Source: a virus
DNA: 64,000 bases
Reading direction: 5' to 3' (one strand)
Virus record (IMG/VR): IMGVR_UViG_3300034356_001231
Location: 1 to 64,000 of that record
Shown here: piece by piece, positions 38,347 to 45,996 of the stretch
How the letters are laid out: each line of letters begins with the position of its first letter
Numbering within the stretch: the first letter of the stretch is position 1
Position numbers and translations under genes: made by a program
The notes under the pieces: model-generated
Database searches by the model: none
What the model was told of the DNA's origin: nothing
What the model saw: the letters and a program-made list of their open reading frames with translations, nothing else

Positions 38347-39108
38347 ATGGAAGAAGAACATACAACAAAGAGATTAACCCGTAAAGAAAAAAGACTTCTT
38401 CGCCAACAAGGAAAACCTGTTAAAGAAAATTATCAAGAAAAATTAAATTTCAATTTAAGGCATTTTGATCCTCTGACAGAAAACCAAAGATGTACGTTTA
38501 AGGCGTTCTCTGAGGAAAAAAATTTAATGTTGCATGGCATTGCAGGAACAGGCAAATCCTTCATGGCCATGTATCTATCTCTTAAACAAGTATTGGGAAA
38601 TCCTGACTGTTCTTTTAAAAAGATTGTTATCGTGCGCACAGTGGTGCCCACCAGAGACATGGGGTTTTTGCCAGGTAATTCCAAAGAGAAAACTAAAGTA
38701 TATGAAGCTCCCTATTACGCAATCTGTAATGAATTATTTGGTAGAGGAGACGCATACGACTATCTTAAAAATAAGAACCTTGTTGAGTTTATTTCTACAT
38801 CTTTTATACGTGGTATTACTCTTAATGATTGTATAGTTATTGTTGATGAGATGCAGAACGCAACTCTTCATGAGTTAGACTCTGTCATCACTCGTATTGG
38901 CCATAATTGTAAAGTCATATTCTGTGGTGATTTCAGGCAAACAGACTTTACTAGAGAGCATGAGAAAAACGGATTGACGGATTTCATGAGAATTGTCAAA
39001 TCTATGAGATCGTTTTCGTTGATAGAGTTCAATGCAGAAGATATCGTAAGGTCTGCTCTTGTAAAAGAATATATAGTTCTAAAGGACAAAATGAGGATCA
39101 TAACATGA
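38347..39108 (+). CDS. phoH: PhoH-like ATPase
   Basis: GIAGTGKS, GFLPG, RGITL, DEMQN, GDFRQ. Confidence 0.95.
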   Translation: MEEEHTTKRLTRKEKRLLRQQGKPVKENYQEKLNFNLRHFDPLTENQRCTFKAFSEEKNLMLHGIAGTGKSFMAMYLSLKQVLGNPDCSFKKIVIVRTVVPTRDMGFLPGNSKEKTKVYEAPYYAICNELFGRGDAYDYLKNKNLVEFISTSFIRGITLNDCIVIVDEMQNATLHELDSVITRIGHNCKVIFCGDFRQTDFTREHEKNGLTDFMRIVKSMRSFSLIEFNAEDIVRSALVKEYIVLKDKMRIIT

Positions 39109-39776
39109 GCGAATCTTTTAATTTTTCCGACTACTGGCCAAAACCAGATCTTGGTAAACTCTATCACTACAAAGGTTTCAATCCCGCTGATCAAAAATAT
39201 ATTGAATGGGTTGTATGGAATTCAGGAGAGAATGGAATATTCTTTCAAGAAGATTATCATGATAGCAAATGGACAGCTACTTGGGTAATGAATTACCAAT
39301 ACTATGACTCAAATAATAACTATCTTGGAGTTATGGAAACAGCCGACATTTATCCAAAATATTCTTATCAATTCTGGGCAAATTTCAGAACGACTTCTTT
39401 CGTAAAAGGATATGAAATTCCATGGGGTGGATTGCAGAAAGTTGGAGATTTAATAGACAAACCTTTAAAAATATCTTTCTTCAATTCTACATTCTTTACA
39501 TTTCCTTCGCCAGGTAGGCAGGTCGTTAAGTTCGAAGCTAGACATCCAACTTATGTAAATAAGAATGGTGTGCTATATAATGATGTTCTAGAAGTAACAT
39601 ATGACCAAACCTTCGGCGAAAAGACAGCTGGCGCTAGAAGCTGGTTCGCTAAGGATTTTGGTATCGTTGAGACCCAATGGCGTTGGAAGGGGCAAGATAT
39701 TGGTGATATTTTGCCAATGACAATACGTATTGATAATGGATATATAGATGAAAACAAATACCCAGTTTGGACGTAA
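39105..39776 (+). CDS. Hypothetical aromatic-rich protein
   Basis: Long ORF between phoH and exonuclease. Confidence 0.55.
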   Translation: MSESFNFSDYWPKPDLGKLYHYKGFNPADQKYIEWVVWNSGENGIFFQEDYHDSKWTATWVMNYQYYDSNNNYLGVMETADIYPKYSYQFWANFRTTSFVKGYEIPWGGLQKVGDLIDKPLKISFFNSTFFTFPSPGRQVVKFEARHPTYVNKNGVLYNDVLEVTYDQTFGEKTAGARSWFAKDFGIVETQWRWKGQDIGDILPMTIRIDNGYIDENKYPVWT

Positions 39777-40425
39777 ATTATTTAAACATAATCTAGTACC
39801 AGAAGTTGAGATAGATACTCAGACTATAGATGGCAAAAGATATTATGTGTTACCGAACGGAGAAAAATTCCGTTCGGTAACGACTGTATTAGATGGAGCG
39901 TTAGACAAAACAGCACTAATGGAGTGGAAGAAGCGTGTCGGTCACGAAGAAGCTCAAAAGATTTCTACGCAAGCTGCTCGTCGTGGAACCGCCGTACATT
40001 CCATCGCAGAACGTTATGTGCTCAATGAAGAGAACCATCTTCGGGGTGCTATGCCTTCTGGAATTGATGCTTTCAAGGGCATTCAAACGTTATTAGACAA
40101 ACATGTAGATAACATTCTCGGCGTAGAGTTACCTTTATATTCGGTTGCTCTTAGGACTGCCGGGCGTTGTGATCTTATTGCAGAGTTTAATGGAACCCCT
40201 TCTATCATTGATTTTAAAACAAGTCGTAAGTTAAAGAAAGAAGAATGGATTGAATCTTATTTTCTTCAAGCCACAACTTATTCTCTAATGTTCGAACGTA
40301 TGTATAAAATACATGTTCCGCAGATCGCAATACTTATAGCTGTAGATCATGAAGAACCACAGCTATTCGTGAAAGATCGTGGAGATTATGTTAATAGAGT
40401 ATTAGAGATATTCACAAAAGAATAG
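39748..40425 (+). CDS. PD-(D/E)xK exonuclease
   Basis: SVTTVL, RGTAVH, AGRCD, IDFKTS, Q..Y. Confidence 0.85.
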   Translation: MKTNTQFGRKLFKHNLVPEVEIDTQTIDGKRYYVLPNGEKFRSVTTVLDGALDKTALMEWKKRVGHEEAQKISTQAARRGTAVHSIAERYVLNEENHLRGAMPSGIDAFKGIQTLLDKHVDNILGVELPLYSVALRTAGRCDLIAEFNGTPSIIDFKTSRKLKKEEWIESYFLQATTYSLMFERMYKIHVPQIAILIAVDHEEPQLFVKDRGDYVNRVLEIFTKE

Positions 40426-40726
40426 CTGCAATAATTCCTAAAATTATTATAGTCCAGAATAAATCTGATATACTACCTTTAGGTTTTCTGCCTCTTTTTC
40501 TACGATATCCCCCAGTAGTTTTACTAGTAGTATACCATGAATTCGGCCCAACCTTTAATGATTGGGTCGTTCTAGATCTTCCAGTTTTTTGATTGGTTGA
40601 GTAGGTAGTTCTCATACCTTTCTCACCATAAGAGGTAGATGTGGTTATACCTCTTTTACCACCCCATGAAGTAGTGGTTCTAACTGGTCCGGTTTTCTTT
40701 GTGATTCGAGTTCTTACATTTCCCAT
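40412..40726 (-). CDS. Basic Thr-rich protein with C-terminal membrane anchor
   Basis: Late promoter TATAAATA at 40732-40739 (minus); hydrophobic C-terminus. Confidence 0.55.
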   Translation of the reverse strand: MGNVRTRITKKTGPVRTTTSWGGKRGITTSTSYGEKGMRTTYSTNQKTGRSRTTQSLKVGPNSWYTTSKTTGGYRRKRGRKPKGSISDLFWTIIILGIIAAILL

Positions 40727-40734
40727 ATATCTAT

Positions 40735-41148
40735 TTATAGGTTATTGACACCGTAAAAACTTTCTTGATCAGTGGAATATACCGTACGTTTAATGCCAAA
40801 ATGTTCTATAGCTTTCTGGCAACCAGGGCAAGGTTCAGCCAACCCAGTCACCCAGTTAGTATCTCCCTTGTTTTGTTTCTTAACACGGTAGACATATAGG
40901 GTGGCATCTTTTAGATCGTCTTCATCGACAACCTTCAACGCTTTGATAATACAATCTACCTCTGCATGTTTAAAGATCGCATCGTTATTCTTTGCGAATC
41001 TTTTTTGTAGAGGATGAGACTTATCTGAGTTGAAACCGACAGAGATAATCTCGTTACGAATAACAAGACACGCTGCCAGTTTCATTTTCATATTGTTGGA
41101 AGTAGCAAGTCTACGGACAAAGTCCATATATTTTTTATCACGAGACAT
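40735..41148 (-). CDS. Zinc-dependent nucleotide/nucleic-acid deaminase (CDA/TadA fold)
   Basis: HAE and PCxxC motifs. Confidence 0.85.
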   Translation of the reverse strand: MSRDKKYMDFVRRLATSNNMKMKLAACLVIRNEIISVGFNSDKSHPLQKRFAKNNDAIFKHAEVDCIIKALKVVDEDDLKDATLYVYRVKKQNKGDTNWVTGLAEPCPGCQKAIEHFGIKRTVYSTDQESFYGVNNL

Positions 41149-41164
41149 TACATACCATAAGAAT

Positions 41165-41238
41165 TGGAGCGGGCGAAGGGAATCGAACCCTCGTCTTTAG
41201 TTTGGAAGACTATGGCTCTGCCATTGAGCTACACCCGC
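41165..41238 (-). tRNA. tRNA-Gly(TCC)
   Basis: Cloverleaf, loop CTTCCAA, CCA. Confidence 0.9.
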
Positions 41239-41365
41239 AATTAGTTCACACTTGTCATTATATTGATATCGCTTACAACAAAACCAATTACAATTGTTAT
41301 AAGAAAGAAACAAACAATCTTTATAATAGCACTAGTCTTGTGATCCATAATATATTTCCTTTAGT

Positions 41366-41440
41366 TGGCTCGGGGACCTGGACTCGAACCAAGAACGACT
41401 GAGTCAGAGTCAGCAGTTTTACCAATTAAACTATCCCCGA
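41366..41440 (-). tRNA. tRNA-Gln(CTG)
   Basis: Cloverleaf, loop CTCTGAC, CCA. Confidence 0.9.
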
Positions 41441-41441
41441 A

Positions 41442-41517
41442 TGGTGCTGGCAGAAGGAATCGAACCCTCGACCTGATGCTTACAAGGCAACTGCTCTACC
41501 GTCTGAGCTATACCAGC
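41442..41517 (-). tRNA. tRNA-Thr(TGT)
   Basis: Cloverleaf, loop CTTGTAA, CCA. Confidence 0.9.
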
Positions 41518-41518
41518 A

Positions 41519-41938
41519 TTAATACGCAGGAACCAAACAACTCTGAACCAGATCTGCCCCACCAAACAACTGGCCGAACAAATCATAAGGATCAACATAC
41601 ATTGCACAGTTCCGAGAAGCTGCTACAGGAACGTTCAGTGGATATCCTGGCGGCGAATAAATGTTAGACGCTTCTGGTGTTGGAACGTAACTATAAACAG
41701 GAACCAACGGTGCAGGCTGAACAGGAACTACTACAGGAACTGCGATCGTTGAACTAATAGGTCCAGGACCAGCAGGAAGATACTCGACCGCTACCGGAAC
41801 AGGAACGGTCTTTACAACCTTCTTGACTATTGGTCTTTGAACATTGATATTGCAGTTGTTACATTGATCAATGTTGTAGTTTCCGGCCAAAGCAGGAGTT
41901 GTAAGCATAAGAGCAAATGCTAATACTAGCTTTTTCAT
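41519..41938 (-). CDS. Exported Pro/Val-rich protein
   Basis: Signal peptide MKKLVLAFALMLTTPALA. Confidence 0.6.
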   Translation of the reverse strand: MKKLVLAFALMLTTPALAGNYNIDQCNNCNINVQRPIVKKVVKTVPVPVAVEYLPAGPGPISSTIAVPVVVPVQPAPLVPVYSYVPTPEASNIYSPPGYPLNVPVAASRNCAMYVDPYDLFGQLFGGADLVQSCLVPAY

Positions 41939-41939
41939 C

Positions 41940-42224
41940 TTAGTACCCGTAGTAATAATAACGACGAGGATTGTAGTAATAAGCAGGAGGAGCATATGGT
42001 GCATAGTATCCACCACCATAAGCTGGATAACCATATCCATACCCATAACCCTGCGAAGCAATAGCTCCACCAATTACACCACCAAGAATAGCAGCACCAG
42101 CCATTGCTCCATAGGCTGCACCATAACCATAACCATATCCATATCCGCCCCAATACTGAGCGTTAGCAGGTTGGGCAGTAGTGATACCAAAAACCAGTAG
42201 TAATGCAACAGCAAACTTTTTCAT
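41940..42224 (-). CDS. Exported Gly/Tyr-rich protein (BA14K-like)
   Basis: Signal peptide; GAAILGGVIGGAIA; late promoter at 42271-42278 (minus). Confidence 0.6.
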   Translation of the reverse strand: MKKFAVALLLVFGITTAQPANAQYWGGYGYGYGYGAAYGAMAGAAILGGVIGGAIASQGYGYGYGYPAYGGGYYAPYAPPAYYYNPRRYYYYGY

Positions 42225-42292
42225 TTCTCTTCTCCATAGGAAGTGGACTAACCATGGGCCCACACGAGTCTATTTATAGCGACCAACCTAAA

Positions 42293-42367
42293 TGGCTCCC
42301 TGAGAAGGATTCGAACCTCCGACCAAGTGATTAACAGTCACCTGCGCTACCGCTGCGCCACCAGGGA
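42293..42367 (-). tRNA. tRNA-Asn(GTT)
   Basis: Cloverleaf, loop CTGTTAA, CCA. Confidence 0.9.
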
Positions 42368-42543
42368 AAAGAACCAATAACCGCCACCAAACAACATAAC
42401 CAAAAAGATAATGTTCCAACAGATATCGTTGATCATATCTTTCTTTACTTGACACATCACTCGATCGCAACCGATTGGATACGTTCGAGTTACTCGAGAA
42501 CACTCTCTACAGACATAATAGTTAGGGAAGTTCATATCATTCA

Positions 42544-42579
42544 TATTTATATTATACCCTAGAACTGCAAAAAGTCAAG
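42544..42579 (-). promoter_or_regulatory. Tandem sigma70-like and late promoters inside tRNA array
   Basis: CTTGAC-N17-TATAAT directly followed by TATAAATA. Confidence 0.7.
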
Positions 42580-42655
42580 TGGTGCTGTCGGAGAGAATCG
42601 AACTCCCGACATGCGCATTACTAATGCGCTGCTCTACCAACTGAGCTACGACAGC
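42580..42655 (-). tRNA. tRNA-Thr(AGT)
   Basis: Cloverleaf, GCGCA-TTAGTAA-TGCGC, CCA. Confidence 0.9.
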
Positions 42656-42661
42656 ATTTAA

Positions 42662-42735
42662 TGGCACTGGCACCAGGTATCGATCCTAGTCTACAAGATC
42701 CACAATCTCGTGTGCTACCTTTACACTATGCCAGC
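42662..42735 (-). tRNA. tRNA-His(GTG), no encoded G-1
   Basis: Loop TTGTGGA; T loop ATCGATA; CCA. Confidence 0.85.
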
Positions 42736-42740
42736 AAAAC

Positions 42741-42815
42741 TGGATCGGGGACTAGGACTCGAACCTAGAAAGTCGGAACCAAAATCCGACGTTATGCCAA
42801 TTTAACTATCCCCGA
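42741..42815 (-). tRNA. tRNA-Gln(TTG)
   Basis: Loop TTTTGGT, CCA. Confidence 0.9.
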
Positions 42816-42816
42816 A

Positions 42817-42893
42817 TGGTGTCTCGAGTAGGAGTCAAACCTACAGCCTTCGGTTTCGTAGACCGATGCTCTATTCAGTTGAGCTATCGAGAC
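42817..42893 (-). tRNA. tRNA-Arg(ACG)
   Basis: Loop CTACGAA, CCA. Confidence 0.88.
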
Positions 42894-42894
42894 A

Positions 42895-42972
42895 TGGTGC
42901 CCTCGGTCGGATTCGAACCGACACTAGCGATGATTTTGAGTCAACGGCCTCTGCCAATTGGGCTACGAGGGC
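42895..42972 (-). tRNA. tRNA-Leu(CAA), short variable arm
   Basis: Loop CTCAAAA, CCA. Confidence 0.85.
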
Positions 42973-42977
42973 ATAAA

Positions 42978-43080
42978 TGATTGCGACAGGAATCGAACCT
43001 GTATCTCTGCCTTTTCTGTCCATATTGAATGTCTCCAATAGGCTCTTACATAGAGTGCTTTCCCATTAAACTACACAATC
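42978..43080 (-). ncRNA. tRNA-like RNA with enlarged anticodon domain
   Basis: Acceptor GATTGTG/CGCAATC, D arm, T arm ACAGG-TTCGATT-CCTGT; about 50 nt between D and T arms; no CCA. Confidence 0.65.
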
Positions 43081-43083
43081 AAA

Positions 43084-43159
43084 TGGTGCTTCCCCTTTGA
43101 ATCAAACAAAGTCCTTCTGTTCTTCAGACAGACGTGCGCATCAGCTACACCAGAGAAGC
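43084..43159 (-). tRNA. tRNA-Phe(GAA)
   Basis: Loop CTGAAGA; variant D/T loops; CCA. Confidence 0.8.
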
Positions 43160-43169
43160 ATATTTATAT

Positions 43170-43246
43170 TGGTGCGCCTGGTAAGACTCGAACTTACAAC
43201 ATCTGGTTTCTAAGACCAGCGCCTCTACCAATTGGGCTACGAGGGC
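43170..43246 (-). tRNA. tRNA-Leu(TAG), short variable arm, mismatched acceptor stem
   Basis: Loop CTTAGAA; acceptor GCCCTCG/CAGGCGC. Confidence 0.75.
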
Positions 43247-43317
43247 ATTATAATAAGTTGTCTGGTGCGCTATTCTATTCTAATAAGACATAGTGGAAGC
43301 GTGACAACTCTGTTTTC

Positions 43318-43393
43318 TGGTGCGAGATGACAGGATCGAACTGCCGACATTCTGCGTGTAAAACAGACGCTCTCCCAACTGAGCTAATCTCGC
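43318..43393 (-). tRNA. tRNA-Val(TAC)
   Basis: Loop TTTACAC, CCA. Confidence 0.9.
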
Positions 43394-43398
43394 ATTAA

Positions 43399-43474
43399 TG
43401 GTCTAGGTGGCTGGACTTGAACCAACAGCCTTCCCGCCCCAAACGGGATGCTCTGCCAATTGAGCTACACCTAG
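43399..43474 (-). tRNA. tRNA-Pro(TGG)
   Basis: Loop TTTGGGG, CCA. Confidence 0.9.
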
Positions 43475-43481
43475 ATAAAAC

Positions 43482-43556
43482 TGGATGCGGACCCATGAGT
43501 CGAACATGGCTCTCTTGCTTATGAGACAAGAATGGTCTCCGGACCACCTGACCGCA
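43482..43556 (-). tRNA. Atypical tRNA with CAT anticodon
   Basis: Loop CTCATAA, CCA; D arm TGGTC-CGGA-GACCA non-canonical. Confidence 0.7.
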
Positions 43557-43638
43557 AAACTTGCTGTCCCTCACGCCTTGGGACGAATGTTGTCTAGCAT
43601 TACGACACTCCATAAAGGCTGTGTATCTAGATCAAACA

Positions 43639-43713
43639 TGGTGCTGATAGTTGGAATTAAACCAACCTATAACGTCTTATGAGAACGCCTCGACCTCTTG
43701 CCGACCTACCAGC
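43639..43713 (-). tRNA. Atypical tRNA with CAT anticodon
   Basis: Loop CTCATAA, CCA; D arm TCGGC-AAGAG-GTCGA; T loop TTTAATT. Confidence 0.7.
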
Positions 43714-43717
43714 GAAT

Positions 43718-43807
43718 TGGCGGAGTGGTGGCGGAATCGAACCCCTGGCCTTTCGGCTCTACTGGTTTTCAAGACCAGACTAGTATCCCCGACTAGATAC
43801 GCACTCC
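43718..43807 (-). tRNA. tRNA-Ser(TGA), atypical acceptor/T arm
   Basis: Loop CTTGAAA, long variable arm, G73-CCA. Confidence 0.8.
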
Positions 43808-43861
43808 AATTATTCTACCTTTATAAGAGCCTCCCCGCTACCCAGCGTCACGACCATATGA

Positions 43862-43937
43862 TGGAGGATCCGGTCGGACTCGAACCGACAGCCTTGGGAT
43901 TAAAAGTCCCTTGCACCACCTATTGTGCTACGGATCC
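43862..43937 (-). tRNA. tRNA-Lys(TTT)
   Basis: Loop CTTTTAA, CCA. Confidence 0.9.
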
Positions 43938-43942
43938 ATAAA

Positions 43943-44018
43943 TGGTAGACCGAGAGGGATTCGAACCCACGACAAAGGGATTAAGAGTCCCCTGCTCTAC
44001 CAACTGAGCTATCGGTCC
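43943..44018 (-). tRNA. tRNA-Lys(CTT)
   Basis: Loop CTCTTAA, CCA. Confidence 0.9.
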
Positions 44019-44024
44019 ATAAAC

Positions 44025-44099
44025 TGGTGACCCCAACGAGATTCGAACTCGTATTGACGGCTTGAAAGGCCGCTGTCCTAACCATTAGACGATGGGGCC
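44025..44099 (-). tRNA. tRNA-Glu(TTC)
   Basis: Loop CTTTCAA, CCA. Confidence 0.9.
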
Positions 44100-44100
44100 G

Positions 44101-44174
44101 TGGTGCTTCCTGATGGTATCGATCCAACGTCTATCGCTTATCAAGCGATTGCTCTACCTTTGAGCTAAGGAAGC
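44101..44174 (-). tRNA. tRNA-Ile(GAT)
   Basis: Loop TTGATAA; T loop ATCGATA; CCA. Confidence 0.85.
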
Positions 44175-44175
44175 A

Positions 44176-44252
44176 TGGAGTGGATGATGGGACTCGAACC
44201 CACATATTAAGGTTTTGCAGACCTCTACCTAACCAATTCGGTGCACATCCAC
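44176..44252 (-). tRNA. tRNA-Cys(GCA)
   Basis: Loop CTGCAAA, U73-CCA. Confidence 0.88.
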
Positions 44253-44254
44253 AT

Positions 44255-44280
44255 AAAAAAGGCGGCCACTAGGACCGCCC
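44255..44280 (-). terminator. Rho-independent terminator upstream of tRNA array
   Basis: GGGCGGTC-CTAGT-GGCCGCC-T6 on minus strand. Confidence 0.75.
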
Positions 44281-44286
44281 TCTCGA

Positions 44287-44550
44287 TTAGAGACCAGCGG
44301 CCAGCGCTCGATATCCAGCAGCAATCAACTTGCGGCTTGGTTTACCAGCACGATACTTAGCGACAGTTTCGCCCTTTGAGTTCTTGCGCTCATTTAGATA
44401 AATCGCATAACCCATCTGACGAATCTGATAAACAGCGTCATGCGGATTAGCAACACCATAACGAGTCTTAATCTGCTGAGCAGTTAGTTCCTCGCCACGA
44501 CCTACAAGAGCCTCAAAAACCTTCTCAACCTTTGTAACATTAGCAACCAT
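44287..44550 (-). CDS. Small winged-helix DNA-binding protein
   Basis: LTAQQI..RYGVANP...V..IR..GY.IY.N. Confidence 0.7.
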   Translation of the reverse strand: MVANVTKVEKVFEALVGRGEELTAQQIKTRYGVANPHDAVYQIRQMGYAIYLNERKNSKGETVAKYRAGKPSRKLIAAGYRALAAGL

Positions 44551-44758
44551 TATATACTTTCTCCATATTAAAATATGTCAACAACTCGGCCATTCGAATC
44601 AACTGCACGAATCCGAGCATTCGGAAACTGCCACTGCAGCTGACGCATCCCATCTCGATACAAGAGAGGAACATTTTGAGTATACGAATACGTACGCCAG
44701 TTACCCGTCTGATCTTGAAGCTGGATTTCGATCATGTCCATATCCGTATCTCCTGTCT

Positions 44759-44959
44759 TTAGCTTAACTTAATCTTACTATAGTCTTCGATAAAAGTCAA
44801 GACATTTTTTAGATCAGAGAAGATAAACTTCTTATTCTGCCAATCGTCGTTATGATCGTTGCCAGAGACCTCGACCATCCAACCGTTTTCATAACGGTTG
44901 ACGGTAATCGTTTCAGAAACATTCATGAATACTTCTGCAAGTTCAATATCCGTAGCCAT
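44759..44959 (-). CDS. Hypothetical protein
   Basis: ITVNRYENGWMVEVSG motif. Confidence 0.55.
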   Translation of the reverse strand: MATDIELAEVFMNVSETITVNRYENGWMVEVSGNDHNDDWQNKKFIFSDLKNVLTFIEDYSKIKLS

Positions 44960-44967
44960 CTATTTAG

Positions 44968-45396
44968 TCATCCTCTTCGAGATTTTGTTCCAACCGTAGT
45001 TAAATCTACATTCGGACCAGCATATTGTAGACCGCCCTTATTATAAAGGGGCATCACCAGACTCGCTTTTTTCAGGATCTCCTGTTGAACGTGCTCTGGT
45101 TCTTTATGAAGGTTTGTCATAATATCTCGCTTCGAACAATCACCAGCGACTAGCTTCTTATTGTCGTATTCGCGAGTAGAACGATCAACCACCATAGACT
45201 CATTATACTCTTTTCTGAAGGATAAGTCAAGCGATTTTTTGTCTTTTTTGGAACGAATTTGATCTGGGTGAAGACCCTTTGATAACAACCATCTATCATG
45301 GTCGGATACGAGCTTGGACTTAGCTGTATTCTTACGGCTCTGCTTACGTTTACTAACAGTCGTCGTATAGTAAGCGGGAAGGATATGCATAGACAT
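44968..45396 (-). CDS. Conserved hypothetical protein
   Basis: PLYNKGGLQY C-terminal motif; CTTGAC..TATATT promoter at 45421-45450 (minus). Confidence 0.6.
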   Translation of the reverse strand: MSMHILPAYYTTTVSKRKQSRKNTAKSKLVSDHDRWLLSKGLHPDQIRSKKDKKSLDLSFRKEYNESMVVDRSTREYDNKKLVAGDCSKRDIMTNLHKEPEHVQQEILKKASLVMPLYNKGGLQYAGPNVDLTTVGTKSRRG

Positions 45397-45629
45397 TAGG
45401 TTTTCTCCTACTGTCCTATTAATATACCCTAGATCCAGAAAAAAGTCAAGCGATAACTTCTAGTATTTTTTGAAGTTTTTCTACTGAAGGTTTATATTCG
45501 TTCTCAAGTATTTGCCTAGCGTAGCTATGATTTTCATATTCCATTTCTTTTAAATACTTATACCTAGAATCGATGACTGCTTCTAATACTATTGGTAATA
45601 GTTCCGAAGTGGGTATGAATACTTGTCCG

Positions 45630-45980
45630 TCACTGTATATCTTCGACATCCGTGTTATCCTTGCTGCTCTCTACCATAATATACCTGGCTTCAGGATGTA
45701 ATTCCATATAAGCGTCAAGTAATTTCCTTACGCTATATAGTCTTTTTGAAATGTCTCTTATTGTATTATGGACTGCTTGATCGTTGACGCCTTCTTCAAG
45801 ATCGGTTAGAGCAGCATCTAGATTCATATCTACTGAATAATCAACTTGCCATTTGAAAAAACTACCATCCTTATCCATTTCCTCGTTCAATTTACTGGGT
45901 GGAAATAGTATTTCTTTGATCTGTTCTAATCGTTCTTCGGCTGGTGTATTAATTTTCTTTTCAATTTTAAATGGCCACAT
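45630..45980 (-). CDS. Hypothetical protein
   Basis: ORF with AAGGA RBS after regA. Confidence 0.55.
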   Translation of the reverse strand: MWPFKIEKKINTPAEERLEQIKEILFPPSKLNEEMDKDGSFFKWQVDYSVDMNLDAALTDLEEGVNDQAVHNTIRDISKRLYSVRKLLDAYMELHPEARYIMVESSKDNTDVEDIQ

Positions 45981-45996
45981 AATATAATTCCTTCAA

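Noticed and set aside
39748-40425. Cas4-like nuclease implying a CRISPR system
   Set aside because: Ordinary T4-like exonuclease near phoH; no repeat-spacer array seen anywhere in the window
43718-43807. Possible selenocysteine or opal-suppressor tRNA
   Set aside because: The anticodon is UGA (reads UCA, Ser), not UCA; no suppressor tRNA or sign of stop-codon recoding, since core genes are intact in the standard code
43812-43858. Possible tRNA 5'-half remnant on the minus strand
   Set aside because: No T arm or 3' acceptor strand; too degenerate to support
41165-44252. Short ORFs called across the tRNA array (e.g. 41365-41667, 42288-42503, 43395-43941)
   Set aside because: They overlap clear tRNA genes and have no RBS or recognisable motifs
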